From: Candidatus Multivoradales bacterium
Lineage (GTDB): Bacteria > Acidobacteriota > Thermoanaerobaculia > Multivoradales > J023
Direction of reading: 5' to 3'
Length of the DNA stretch: 64,000 nt
Assembly: GCA_965248925.1 (NCBI GenBank)
Contig: CBDFLE010000005.1
Coordinates: forward strand, 1,440,001 to 1,504,000
Within the stretch, counting starts at the first letter, position 1; the number at the start of each line of letters is the position of its first letter. The notes under the pieces were generated by a model. It searched no databases and was not told the origin of the DNA. It saw only the letters and a program-made list of their open reading frames with translations. The translations under genes were made by a program, and so were the position numbers. Shown here piece by piece: positions 38,682 to 49,037 of this stretch.

Positions 38682-39350
38682 ATGTGTGGGACCAAGAAAT
38701 CAGAGTGGCTAGTCGTCTTGACAATCTTCAGCTTGTTCGGCTCGGGCAGCGCCTGGGCCTGTACCAGGGGCTCGACTCTCGGCTGGGAGCCGATCTCCGT
38801 CTCTGCCTTCGCTGGCGCCTCGGAAGAGGGCCCTGGCAGTACGGAGCTCGGCGTGGAGTGTACGTTTGGAAACCAAGCAAAGCACGGTCTTGCCATCGAG
38901 TTCGGCAGCGTGGTGATGCGCAGCGAGGATCAACCCGGCACCCCACTCTTGGCGGCTCTAAGGGTCGGCGAAGCCGCCGCCGATCTGCCCGGCCCGCAAC
39001 ACCTGCACCAGGGGTACTACACCCTCGGCTATCGATTCAGGCTCCTTCACGCCAGCAGGCGTGAAGGAGCCAAACTGAACCTGAAGATCTACCTCGGGCC
39101 GGGCCTGGCCTACTACGACCACGGCAACGCCCTTGGTTACAACGTCGTGCTCGGCAGCGAGGTCGGTCTCAACAAAGAGGCCAGCTATGGTCTCGAGTTC
39201 AAAGCGACCTACCACAAACCTGATTCAAGCGCTGCATTCTTCAACTATCTGGTCGGCTTTCGCTTTCATGTTCCTGATTGGGACAAGTTGACCGATCGGG
39301 CGGCTGAGAAAGCGCTGGCCAAGTTAAAGCGCAACAAGATAGAAGGCTGA
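38682..39350 (+). CDS. Secreted protein, possibly a small outer-membrane beta-barrel
   Basis: SD AAGGAG, signal peptide, amphipathic strands (IYLGPGLAYY, NYLVGFRFH). Confidence 0.65.
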   Translation: MCGTKKSEWLVVLTIFSLFGSGSAWACTRGSTLGWEPISVSAFAGASEEGPGSTELGVECTFGNQAKHGLAIEFGSVVMRSEDQPGTPLLAALRVGEAAADLPGPQHLHQGYYTLGYRFRLLHASRREGAKLNLKIYLGPGLAYYDHGNALGYNVVLGSEVGLNKEASYGLEFKATYHKPDSSAAFFNYLVGFRFHVPDWDKLTDRAAEKALAKLKRNKIEG

Positions 39351-39359
39351 GAGGAGGAG

Positions 39360-40196
39360 ATCTGCTCAACCAGCAGGGCGGAGTGGTCTGCGGCACCGCC
39401 TCCAGCAACGACAATCACGGCACCGCGGTGATCGAAATGCTTTCGGTATCACCGGCATCGCCGCCGACCGGCTGCGCGCCGGTGACCTTCTGTTGCTGGA
39501 GATTCATCGGGCCGGTCCCAGGTTCGGCTTTCAAGGGCGCGGTGACCAGAAGGGCTATATCGCGATCGAGTGGTGGCCGGACGACTACGCCGCCATTCGC
39601 TACGCCACCAGCCGCGAGCCCTACGTCGATCGAGTGCGTTGTGGATTCTCCAACTTCGGCCGCCGGCTCGACGCCCAGGGTTGGGGCTGGGAAGTGACCA
39701 CCAGCGGCTACGGCTCGCTGCAGGGTGGAGTCCACAACCGCTGGTATACACGGACACCTTCTCCGGCACTTCGAGCGCTTCACCGATCGTCACCGGCGTG
39801 CTGGCATCATTGCAAGGCATCCTGCGTGCCCAGATTGCCGCACTGCTCACCCCGGCGCAGGCGATCGGCTTGCTGCACAGCAGCGGCTCGCCACAGCAGA
39901 GCGCCGCTGACCGGCCGAACTCGCAGCGCATCGGCAACCGGCCGGATCTGGCCCAGCTGATCCCGCGGGCGACCAAGGTCACCTACAGCAACCGTTTGAT
40001 TCGCCAGACCTTCACCTCACACCACAGTCGCAACGCCTGGGCCAACATCCAGGGCCTCGGCTGCCGCAAGATCCTGGCTGGAAGCAAAGACGGGGTCAGC
40101 AACTGCTTCGTTATCTGCTGTGAAGCGATGGCCAACCAGCGGCGAGTGACCCTGCAAGCCGACAACCGACACATTTACCACCTGTTCATGAAATGA
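39360..40196 (+). pseudogene. Degraded S8 (subtilisin-like) peptidase
   Basis: NHGTAV, NAFGITGIA, FSNFG and FSGTSSASP in shifting frames; N-terminus and AAGN segment missing. Confidence 0.85.
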
Positions 40197-40478
40197 CCTG
40201 AGCGCGGAGGCGGACGGCGAGGCACTGCCGGAGCCTACTCCGGCCGTCGCCGAGGGTGATGACGAGGCGGAGACTGCACCTCCGGCACCCCAGCAGGTGC
40301 TAGCCGACCTGGCCGCCAGCGGCGAGCTGGCGACTGGCGAATCCTTCGATCCGCTACCCGCTGAGCAGCTGCCGAAGCCAACAGATGCCGCCTTCGCCAC
40401 CCCGACTGATGACTGACGACTATCTCGAGAGTCCGAGCCAGCTCGGCCGCTGGCTGAGGGGGCTTTGTTGGGGAGGGT

Positions 40479-41135
40479 TCACCTAGCCTTGACTGGCCCG
40501 GCTTTCCTGGTGGTTGGTTTCTTCGCCGCCGCTTTGCTGGCCGGCCGTTTCTTGGCCCCCGTGGCGGCCTTGGACTTGCTGGCTCTGCTGGCCGCTGGCG
40601 GTGGCTTGGCGGCGGCGGCGCCACCCTGGGTCGCCACGGCCTTCTTGCTAGCGGTCTTGGTCGCTGTCGCGGACCTTCTGACGGCCGGCTTCTTCGCCGC
40701 CGACCGCCGCCGCGGTTTGCTCGCCGGTGCCGCATCGAGGTCGGCCAGTGTGCCTTCGAGTTCCGACAAACGATCTCGCAGGCGGGCCATCTCCTGCCGC
40801 GCGCGGCGCACCGGGCCGAGGCGATCGATCGAGCTCTGCACCCAACGGTCGACCTTGGTCTGCACCTGCTCGACCCCCGTCGTCAGCGCCTTCTCACCTG
40901 CCCGAACCAACTCATGCAGCAGTTCGCTGGGCAAGAAAGAAGTGCCGCGCTTGCCTTCGTCGAGGATGATCTGGGTGAGGATCTGGGAAGAGACATCCTC
41001 CCCCGAAGCGTTGTCCACCACCCGCACTTCCTGGCCGTCTCGAACCCACTGGGAGATGTCTTCCAGCGACACGTATCGACTCTCTTCCGTATCGTAGAGC
41101 TTGCGGCTCTCGTAGCGTTTGATGACGCGAATCAT
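40479..41135 (-). CDS. PhaR-type DNA-binding domain protein with Lys/Ala-rich histone-like tail
   Basis: IKRYESRKLYDTEESRYVSL..GEDVSSQILTQII; SD AGGAGG. Confidence 0.88.
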   Translation of the reverse strand: MIRVIKRYESRKLYDTEESRYVSLEDISQWVRDGQEVRVVDNASGEDVSSQILTQIILDEGKRGTSFLPSELLHELVRAGEKALTTGVEQVQTKVDRWVQSSIDRLGPVRRARQEMARLRDRLSELEGTLADLDAAPASKPRRRSAAKKPAVRRSATATKTASKKAVATQGGAAAAKPPPAASRASKSKAATGAKKRPASKAAAKKPTTRKAGPVKAR

Positions 41136-41264
41136 GGATCCTCCTGGGGGCCTCGTGAGCCTCGATGAAGCTCTGGTGAAGCTATGCCGTGGCGCGGCAA
41201 TGGCTAGCGAAAAGTACCGCGCTGCGGCAAGTGTTGTCAAGCCAGGGAAACATAGAGCAGGGGC

Positions 41265-42356
41265 CTAGCGAACAGCGGCGGCGAGCCGCTCCTGGAACCC
41301 TCTGCCCATCGCCTCCAAGCTCTCCAGGTCGTTGGGGGGTTGACCCTCCAGAGGCTGCTCCACCACCTGCTGAGCGGCCGGTAACAGCTGCCGTAACTCG
41401 TCGAGGCCGCGACGATGGCGTTCTCCAAGCCAGCGAAATAACCGCCGACCCTCGCTGAGTTCACCCCCATCATCGCCAGCTGCAACATCGAGCTGTGGAT
41501 GCACCCGGTTGACCACCAGCGGCCCGAGACGCAGACCAGCTTCTTGCAGACGACGGGCAAAGAACAGGGTGTCGGGAATGCGCTCGCTGCCGGGACCGGC
41601 GACCAGCACAAACTCGGTACGCTGCGAGGCGAGCAGCTTCTCAACCGCCGCCGCGCGCTCACCAAAACCGGCGAAGAGGGGGCCGAAGGCGCGGAAGAAC
41701 TCGGACATATCCCGCAACAGCTTAAGCCCGACAATGCGATCCAGAAAGCTCTCCACTCCACGTCCCAACCCACCCATCCGCCGCACCGGCTTAAGCTTGC
41801 CCTCGGCATCGAACCAACTGCGCAAGGCGATGCGCAAAGCTCCTGAATCGAGGAATTTGACAATCCGCGCCGGGGCTTCGAGAAAATCGATCGCTTGGCG
41901 GGCGGGTGGGGTGTCGAGAATTACCCGGTCATAACACCCCAGGCGAGCCACCTCATAGAGTCGCTCGACCGCCATGTATTCGAGAATCCCACCCAGGTGA
42001 CCAGCCAGATGATCGTAATAAGGGTTGTTCAGAATGCGGTCGCGAGCCGTCTCATCCGGGGCGTAACGCTCGATCAGCCGGTCGAAGGTCTGGCGCGCAT
42101 CGAGCAGGCTGGCATAGAGCGGCGCCGGCGTGTCGATCGCCACCAGGCTCTCCTCCTCAGTCCCCCCCGAGGTCACTCCGAGAGCGTCCTTAAGACGCAG
42201 AGAGGGATCGAAGGTCATCACCAAGGTGCGCTCGCCGGCACGGGCCGAGACTAAGCCCATCGCCGCCGCCAGGGTGGTCTTGCCCACCCCGCCCGATCCC
42301 ACCACCACCACTAGCGGTGGCAATTCGGCGATCGAATGCCGCGACATCGCCGTCAT
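41265..42356 (-). CDS. ArsA/GET3-family ATPase
   Basis: GSGGVGKTT, TFDPS, LDTPP. Confidence 0.9.
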   Translation of the reverse strand: MTAMSRHSIAELPPLVVVVGSGGVGKTTLAAAMGLVSARAGERTLVMTFDPSLRLKDALGVTSGGTEEESLVAIDTPAPLYASLLDARQTFDRLIERYAPDETARDRILNNPYYDHLAGHLGGILEYMAVERLYEVARLGCYDRVILDTPPARQAIDFLEAPARIVKFLDSGALRIALRSWFDAEGKLKPVRRMGGLGRGVESFLDRIVGLKLLRDMSEFFRAFGPLFAGFGERAAAVEKLLASQRTEFVLVAGPGSERIPDTLFFARRLQEAGLRLGPLVVNRVHPQLDVAAGDDGGELSEGRRLFRWLGERHRRGLDELRQLLPAAQQVVEQPLEGQPPNDLESLEAMGRGFQERLAAAVR

Positions 42357-43243
42357 CTGCTCTCCAAAACTTCGCTCGCTCCAGCCACCAGCCGGCGGCT
42401 CAGCTGAGCCACTAGCTCGGTGCCCCGGTCCACCGCCAGCAAGGGCAACTCGATGCGCGGGCCAGGCCAACCGGTGGCCAAGCGCTCAAGCTGTCGTTCG
42501 TTGACCTGCCGGCGGCGGCGCCACAGCCGCGCCAGCTCATCTTCTCGGTCGGCTTCCTCTGCCGGTAGGGGAGGATAGAGGCCATTGACCACCAGCAGAT
42601 CGGGTGCTCGCCCAAGTTCCTCCTCCAGCGAGCACCGCAGCTCAAGCGCCTCCTGCACCGGCATCTCCTCGGCCAAAGTCACCACCACGACGCCGCAGCG
42701 GTCGCCGTCGGCGACGAAATCAGCCGCCCGGCGAGCAATCTCGGCCACCGGCCCTTCGCCGATCGTCTGCTGGAACAGCCGCGCCGCCTTCAGTAGGTAG
42801 ATTCCGTGACCGGTCGCCGGAGCGTCGAGCACCACGGTGTCGAAAGCTGGGGTCTTGGGCACCTCGCCCTCGACCAAGCGCAGCGCATGACCGATGATCG
42901 ACATCTCCGCTAGCCCCGGCGCCCCCTCGGCAAACCGCTGGTAGATCGCGCTCTGTTTGATCCGCGACACCAAAAAACCGATCTTCACTTGCTGTTCGAC
43001 CAGCCAATCCAACACCTCAAGAGGCTTTAGATTCTGCAGATACAAGGAACCCTCGACCGGTATCACCTCCCCACCGGAAGGCGGCACATCGAGCAGCTGG
43101 TGGAGGTTCTCCCGCGGATCTATCTCCAGCGCCAGCACCCGCTGTCCGGCCGCGGCTAGCGCGCGCCCGAGGGTAGCGGTCAGCGCACTCTTGCCCACTC
43201 CACCTTTGCCGGTTACCAACAGCAGCTGTTTGTCGACTAACAA
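42353..43243 (-). CDS. ArsA/GET3-family ATPase
   Basis: TGKGGVGKS, APGL, LDAPATGH, LAEEMPVQE. Confidence 0.9.
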   Translation of the reverse strand: MLVDKQLLLVTGKGGVGKSALTATLGRALAAAGQRVLALEIDPRENLHQLLDVPPSGGEVIPVEGSLYLQNLKPLEVLDWLVEQQVKIGFLVSRIKQSAIYQRFAEGAPGLAEMSIIGHALRLVEGEVPKTPAFDTVVLDAPATGHGIYLLKAARLFQQTIGEGPVAEIARRAADFVADGDRCGVVVVTLAEEMPVQEALELRCSLEEELGRAPDLLVVNGLYPPLPAEEADREDELARLWRRRRQVNERQLERLATGWPGPRIELPLLAVDRGTELVAQLSRRLVAGASEVLESR

Positions 43244-43289
43244 CGCTCGCGACCTCTAGATTGCACCGACTTCTCCCGCTCGAACCGGC

Positions 43290-43916
43290 TCAGCCGATCA
43301 CCGCCAAACGGTGGCTGCCGTCCAAGATCAACAGTCCACCGAGGACCATCAGCAGCAGACTACAGACCATCAATACCCGCCGGTAGCCGGAGCCCTGCAA
43401 CAAACGCCGACGGCCGCCCGCCACCAATGCCGCCACGGCGATCTTGGTCGCCAGCAGCGCGACATAGAATGCAGTGAGGAAAGCCACCCCGCGAGGCGGC
43501 GAATCGCGCCACAATCCCACCACCTGCGGCGCGCCGACGCTGAGCCAGAAAATCCACGGATGGGGACTGAGCACATTGACCAACGCTCCCCGCCAGAGGT
43601 CGGCCGAGGACTTTGTCGGTCCGGTATCCACCACCACTTGCGGCTGCCGCGCACGACGCAGGGTACTAATCCCCAAGAGAACTACGAAACCCCCACCCAC
43701 CCATCCCAAGCCACCGAGGAAGGTCTCCGGCAGACGGCTGAGCAAGAAGATCGAGACGACGATAATCGGCAGATCGGTCAGCAGCGGTGCCACCGCCACC
43801 CGAGCACCGGCGGCGAAACCGCGCTCGAGGGTAGCGCAGAGCACCAAGGCCATCAGCGGCCCAGGGCTGAATCCGGCGGCCAACCCGAGACCGAGGCCAA
43901 AAAACAGAGAATCCAT
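43290..43916 (-). CDS. LysE-family translocator
   Basis: AAGFSPGPL, GALVNVLSPHPWIFW. Confidence 0.9.
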   Translation of the reverse strand: MDSLFFGLGLGLAAGFSPGPLMALVLCATLERGFAAGARVAVAPLLTDLPIIVVSIFLLSRLPETFLGGLGWVGGGFVVLLGISTLRRARQPQVVVDTGPTKSSADLWRGALVNVLSPHPWIFWLSVGAPQVVGLWRDSPPRGVAFLTAFYVALLATKIAVAALVAGGRRRLLQGSGYRRVLMVCSLLLMVLGGLLILDGSHRLAVIG

Positions 43917-44223
43917 GGACGGTTGCCTCAGCAAGCCGTGGCCATGGCGCAGCAGCTGAATGCACGCCTGTGGCCAAGTCGACGATATCCTCTAACGAAT
44001 AGGTCTTCGACCCCCTGATCATGTTGCCAAACACGAAATAATCTCGCCGCATCGCGACGAAAGAAGGCGGAGCGTACCACAGCGTCCATTCCAGCCAGCC
44101 CCGCGGCACTTAGACCAAAGGGCGAGTGTGGTACAACACACGCGCCAGGGGCCGTGGCGTGGATTGCCGTGCGACGTCCCGCGCCCCACAGAGGACAGCC
44201 CTACCGAGAAGGACACTAGCCAG

Positions 44224-45504
44224 ATGGACTCATTCGAACGAGCTTGCAAGGTACTGCCAGGAGGAGTCAACTCACCGGTTCGCGCCTTCCATGGAGTCGG
44301 CGGCAAGCCGATTTTTGTCCGTTCCGCCGACGGCCCCTACCTGATCGCCGAGGATGGCCGGCGCTATATCGACTACATCTGCTCCTACGGCCCGCTGATC
44401 TTCGGCCATCGGCCAGCGCAAGTCGATCAGGCGATCACCGCCGCCCTCGAGCGCGGCACCACGTTTGGCGCGCCGACGGTGGCCGAGATCGAACTCGCCG
44501 AGCTGATCTGCTCGGCCTTCCCGGCGATGGACATGGTGCGGCTGGTCAACTCCGGCACCGAAGCCACCATGTCCGCTTTGCGCCTTGCCCGCGCCGCCAC
44601 CGGGCGCCACAAGCTGATCAAGTTCATCGGCTGCTACCACGGCCACGCCGACCCCTACTTGGTCGCTGCCGGCAGTGGCGCCGCGACCCTCGGCGTCCCC
44701 TCTTCTCCGGGAGTGCCGCCAGCGGTCACCGCCGACACCCTGGTGGCGCCCTATAACGACCTGGCCAGCGTCGAGCGCCTGTTCGCCCAATATCGGGGCG
44801 AGATCGCGGCGGTGATCGTCGAACCGGTGGCCGGCAACATGGGCCTGGTACCGCCGGTGGCTGGTTTCCTGGAAGGCCTTCGAGAGTGCACCCGCGAAGA
44901 CGGAGCGCTGCTGATTTTCGACGAGGTAATGACCGGCTTCCGGGTCGCTTGGGGGGGAGTCCAAGTGACCCAGGAGATCGAGCCCGACTTGACCACCTTG
45001 GGCAAGGTCATTGGCGGCGGTCTGCCGACCGGCGCTTACGGCGGCCGCCGCCAGCTGATGCAGCAGATCGCCCCCGCCGGTCCGGTGTACCAAGCCGGCA
45101 CTCTGTCGGGCAATCCGCTAGCGGTGGCGGCCGGTAAAGCGGCCCTCAGCCTGTTGGCGGCCGACGACGGGGCAGTCTACCGACGCCTAGACGAGCTCGC
45201 TGGTGAACTCGAGACCGGTCTGCGCCGCGCCGCCGAGCGCCACGCCATCCCCGTACAACTGGCACGCCGGGGATCGATGTTGGGGTTGTTTTTCACCGAC
45301 CCTCCGGTACGCCGGCTAGAAGATGTCGACAACTCGGACCATGCACGCTTCAAACGCGTCTTCCACCGCCTGCTCGCCGCTGGCGTTCATCTGCCGCCTT
45401 CGCCCTACGAAGCCTGGTTCGTGTCGTTGGCCCACGGCCCACAGATCATCGCCGCCACCCTCTCAGCGTTTGACCAAGCGCTGGCCGCCGAAGTGGGCAG
45501 CTGA
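44224..45504 (+). CDS. hemL: Glutamate-1-semialdehyde 2,1-aminomutase
   Basis: PGGVNSPVRAF, NSGTEATM, FDEVMTGFR, LGKVIGGGLP, YQAGTLSGNP. Confidence 0.96.
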   Translation: MDSFERACKVLPGGVNSPVRAFHGVGGKPIFVRSADGPYLIAEDGRRYIDYICSYGPLIFGHRPAQVDQAITAALERGTTFGAPTVAEIELAELICSAFPAMDMVRLVNSGTEATMSALRLARAATGRHKLIKFIGCYHGHADPYLVAAGSGAATLGVPSSPGVPPAVTADTLVAPYNDLASVERLFAQYRGEIAAVIVEPVAGNMGLVPPVAGFLEGLRECTREDGALLIFDEVMTGFRVAWGGVQVTQEIEPDLTTLGKVIGGGLPTGAYGGRRQLMQQIAPAGPVYQAGTLSGNPLAVAAGKAALSLLAADDGAVYRRLDELAGELETGLRRAAERHAIPVQLARRGSMLGLFFTDPPVRRLEDVDNSDHARFKRVFHRLLAAGVHLPPSPYEAWFVSLAHGPQIIAATLSAFDQALAAEVGS

Positions 45505-45533
45505 GCGGAATTAACACGAGAGGCTCCGGCACT

Positions 45534-46637
45534 ATGGCTCGACCCAGCTCTGACATTCTCGTACTCGGCGGTGGCATTATCGGCTTGGCGATTGCCTACG
45601 AACTGGCCCACCGCGGCCTCAAGGTAGGGTTGATCGATCGCGGCCAGATCGGCAGTGGCGCCTCCGGCAGCGCCGCCGGCATGCTCGCCCCACTCGGCGA
45701 AACGCCCCAAGAGGGTCCCCTCCTCGACGCCTGTCGCCACTCCCGCGATCTGTGGCCGAGCTGGGCCGAGATGCTCGAGGCCGAGACTTCCTGTACGGTC
45801 GACTACGACCGCTCGGGAGCGGTGCTGCCGCAGCTCGGGCCCAGCGATCATCTGGCGGCGGTGGCAGCGGCGGCCGAACAGTACGGCGAGCCCTGCCAGC
45901 CCTTGACCCAACAAGAATTGCGGCGGCTGATGCCCGACATTGCACCGCACGTCGAGCGCGCCCTGTTGCTGCCCGGAGAACACCGCATCGACAACCGCCT
46001 GGCTTGTTCCGCCCTAGCCGCAGTCGCCCACCGCCGCGGGGTGCAGATCCATGAAGGCTGCGAGGTCCAACAAGTTCGTCTGGCGCCAGACAGTGTCGAA
46101 GTGATCGGTGGCGGATTCCGTTTCCACGCTGCCCAGCTAGTGCTGGCAGCGGGCGCCTGGAGCGGCTCGATCGACGGCCTCCCGCGCTTGCCAGTGCGGC
46201 CCGTGCGGGGTCAGATGTTCGAACTCGAAGGGGTCGACTGGCCTTGGCGCGGCAGCGTTCGCACTCCCCACCACTACGTCGTGCGACGCCGTGGCGGTCG
46301 CCTGCTGGTCGGCGCCACGGTCGAGCACCTCGGTTTTCAAAACCGGGTCACCCCCGCCGGCCTGGGTTCTTTGATTGCCTTCCTCCGAGTGCTATTCCCC
46401 GGCCTGTCGGGCAAGCAGTTGAGCGACTGCTGGGCCGGCCTTCGTCCGGGTACCGACGACGGATTGCCGATTCTTGGCCGTTGGGCCGACAGTCCGCTGT
46501 GGATTGCCAGCGGCCACTATCGCAACGGCATCCTGCTAGCCCCTTGGACCGCGGTACGCCTCGCCGAGCTGCTGCTCGACGGCGCCGACCCCAGTTCGAC
46601 CCGAGCCTTCTCGCCGCACCGATTCGAAGGCCCCTGA
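45534..46637 (+). CDS. thiO: Glycine oxidase (FAD-dependent)
   Basis: GGGIIG, AAGMLAP, PVRGQ, WAGLRP, GHYRNGILLAP. Confidence 0.85.
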   Translation: MARPSSDILVLGGGIIGLAIAYELAHRGLKVGLIDRGQIGSGASGSAAGMLAPLGETPQEGPLLDACRHSRDLWPSWAEMLEAETSCTVDYDRSGAVLPQLGPSDHLAAVAAAAEQYGEPCQPLTQQELRRLMPDIAPHVERALLLPGEHRIDNRLACSALAAVAHRRGVQIHEGCEVQQVRLAPDSVEVIGGGFRFHAAQLVLAAGAWSGSIDGLPRLPVRPVRGQMFELEGVDWPWRGSVRTPHHYVVRRRGGRLLVGATVEHLGFQNRVTPAGLGSLIAFLRVLFPGLSGKQLSDCWAGLRPGTDDGLPILGRWADSPLWIASGHYRNGILLAPWTAVRLAELLLDGADPSSTRAFSPHRFEGP

Positions 46638-46770
46638 GTCGGGGAACAACCGGCGGCAAATACTCCCCTGCGACACTGGAGACGCGACGCCAGAGATGCG
46701 GCGCCGAAGATGTATACTCACTCCCGGCAAGTGAGCCTCGCAACAGCCTTACCAATTTGGAGATCCGTGG

Positions 46771-47031
46771 ATGACCCACATCATCGCTGAGCCTTGTATC
46801 GGAGTCAAAGACACCGCCTGCGTCGACGTCTGTCCGGTGGACTGCATCTACGGCATGGACGATGACGACTGCAAGCAGCTCTTTATCCAGCCCGAAGAAT
46901 GCATCGACTGCGGCCTATGCGTCGACGCCTGTCCGGTAGAAGCGATCTTCCCGGAAGAAGAAACGCCCGAGAAGTGGCTCCCCTATTTGAAGGAGAACTA
47001 CACCCACTTCGATCTCGAACCGCCGGATTGA
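46771..47031 (+). CDS. Dicluster ferredoxin (FdxA-like)
   Basis: EPCIGVKDTACVDVCPVDC and ECIDCGLCVDACP. Confidence 0.94.
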   Translation: MTHIIAEPCIGVKDTACVDVCPVDCIYGMDDDDCKQLFIQPEECIDCGLCVDACPVEAIFPEEETPEKWLPYLKENYTHFDLEPPD

Positions 47032-47060
47032 CCCTCGCCCCAGTAGGCTGCCGCGGTCGG

Positions 47061-49037
47061 CTATGGAGTCGGCAAACGGCAACCGGGCGCGAAGAGCGCG
47101 GCCGAAGTGCTCGGCAGACCGCTGGCGGCAACCTGCCGAGCCTCTGCTAACCTCTGTGGATCCAACTCAATGGCGGCCAGTTCCGCCGGCCAAGGTCGGC
47201 GCCTGAAAAGGTGCAGCGACAGCGCTTCGGCACCCTCCCCATCCATGGCGAGAGCCAAACGCGGCGCCTCGTCAACCGCGCCGCTCGGCGACAACTCGAT
47301 CAGCCGCAGCCACGATTCGTAGAGCGCCCAGCGCCAACCCTGCTCGATCCCTTGCTCGCCAGCCAGTCGGTCGACAGCGCGACCCACCAGCCCCTCCAGA
47401 TCTTGCCACTCACGGGCCGCCCGCAGATCCGGACTGGCCAGTAAGGCCCGCGCCGCCCTTTCCACCGCCAACGGATGGTGCGGATCGACGGCCGCCAGCC
47501 GAAACGGTGCGACCGCCCCCAACGGGGCCAAATCGCAAGCCCGCTCCCAGGCCGCCAAAGCGCGGCGAGAATCGACCGGAGCGGCCAACCGCCCAGCCGT
47601 CAACCACAACGCCGCCACTCCAGAAGCGCGCCCGGCGGCGGCCAAGGCCAGGCGGGCGGCCCGCCGCCGCGGTTCTAGTTCCAGTGCCAAACGAAAGCCG
47701 TAGAGGGGCATCGCCGCATCGAGTTCATAGGCCCGTTCGAGAGCCACCAGCCGGGCGGCTGGCTGCGGACTGAGGACCGCGCGATCGTAAGCCAGATGTG
47801 CCAACTCGTAGGGCCGCAGCAATGCCGTCACCAACAGCACGTAGATCAACCCCAGCCAGACGGGAGCGCCGGCGGCGTTGCTTCTCGCCGCCGGCGCGGT
47901 GGCCGCCAGTGCCGCCGCCACCAGCACCATGCCCACCGCGACCAAGGCAGTGACGCTCAACGGCAGCCCGCCGAGACCAGCGACCCACAAGGCGAGCAGC
48001 CCCAGCAAGGCGCCCGCCAACAGAGCCGGATCACGGTCTGGGGCCAACTTCCGCCGCACGACGAATACCACCGCCGCGGCGCCCGCCAATACCACTGCCG
48101 GTAGTCCAAGTTCGTAGAGCAGAGTCAGCGGTAGCGAGTGAAGATCCGCCACCGCCTGATCAGCAGGATGGACTCCGGGAATCGGCCGCAGGTGCAGCGC
48201 CACCGTCCAACCCGCCGATCCTGGTCCCCAGCCCAGCCAGGGCCGTTGCAGAAACCCTTGCCAACCAGCAAGAAGGTAGGCCCGACGAGCCGCCAACGAG
48301 ATATCAGCCCCAGCCCACAACGCCGCCAAGCGGGTCAGTTGCGGCAACAGCAACAGCAAGGCGGCCGTCACCCACCAGGCGGTGCGCCGTCCCGAACGCA
48401 GCGCCCAGCCCACCGCCATCACCGCCAGCAATGCCGCCGCGCCACTCAACGAGCGGCTGGCCACCAGGGTCAGAGTAGCCGCCAGACATGCGCTCGCCGC
48501 CAACCAGCGCCAGGCACCAGACTCGCGCCAGCCCACCGCCACCAGGGGCAGCAGACCCACTAACCACGCGGCCAGTAGATTGTGATGGCCAAGCGGCAGA
48601 GCCGGCCGAGCGGTGGCTTGCTGCCACCAGCCGCTCCACGCCACTACCACGACCCCCAGAACCACCAAGGCCAGAGCCCGCAACCCCCAACGCTGCGCCG
48701 CCACCGAGCGCCAACTGCGCGCCAATGCCGCCGCCCCGAACACCACCGCCGGTGACAGCAGCAAAGCAAGGGTACCGGCACGGTGCACCGGCGAACGCCA
48801 CCAAGAAAACGCCGCCAGCAGCCACAGCAACCAGGGCAAGCAGCGCCAGCCGCGGCCCAGCGCCAACGGATCGCGCCAGCAAGAGGCACCGAAAAGCGCT
48901 AGAAGCAACAGCAGCAGGTGGCCAAAGATCACCGCTTCAGCCGACAACGGTGCTTGAAAATTGCCGCAAGCCAGGGCGAAAATTGCAATCACGGCCGCCG
49001 GCAGCGAAGCGGCCAAGGTGCCGCGAAGACCTTCCAT
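47061..49037 (-). CDS. O-antigen ligase-like membrane protein with C-terminal helical domain
   Basis: Multi-TM; GHHNLLA, SRS, RPWLGWGPG, HSLPLTLLYELG. Confidence 0.8.
   Translation of the reverse strand: MEGLRGTLAASLPAAVIAIFALACGNFQAPLSAEAVIFGHLLLLLLALFGASCWRDPLALGRGWRCLPWLLWLLAAFSWWRSPVHRAGTLALLLSPAVVFGAAALARSWRSVAAQRWGLRALALVVLGVVVVAWSGWWQQATARPALPLGHHNLLAAWLVGLLPLVAVGWRESGAWRWLAASACLAATLTLVASRSLSGAAALLAVMAVGWALRSGRRTAWWVTAALLLLLPQLTRLAALWAGADISLAARRAYLLAGWQGFLQRPWLGWGPGSAGWTVALHLRPIPGVHPADQAVADLHSLPLTLLYELGLPAVVLAGAAAVVFVVRRKLAPDRDPALLAGALLGLLALWVAGLGGLPLSVTALVAVGMVLVAAALAATAPAARSNAAGAPVWLGLIYVLLVTALLRPYELAHLAYDRAVLSPQPAARLVALERAYELDAAMPLYGFRLALELEPRRRAARLALAAAGRASGVAALWLTAGRLAAPVDSRRALAAWERACDLAPLGAVAPFRLAAVDPHHPLAVERAARALLASPDLRAAREWQDLEGLVGRAVDRLAGEQGIEQGWRWALYESWLRLIELSPSGAVDEAPRLALAMDGEGAEALSLHLFRRRPWPAELAAIELDPQRLAEARQVAASGLPSTSAALFAPGCRLPTP

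Noticed and set aside
41265-43243. Arsenic resistance operon
   Set aside because: No arsB/acr3/arsC/arsD, and the ATPases lack the metal-binding Cys cluster
43935-44223. Short ORFs or RNA between lysE and hemL
   Set aside because: No convincing motif, SD or structure; likely divergent promoters
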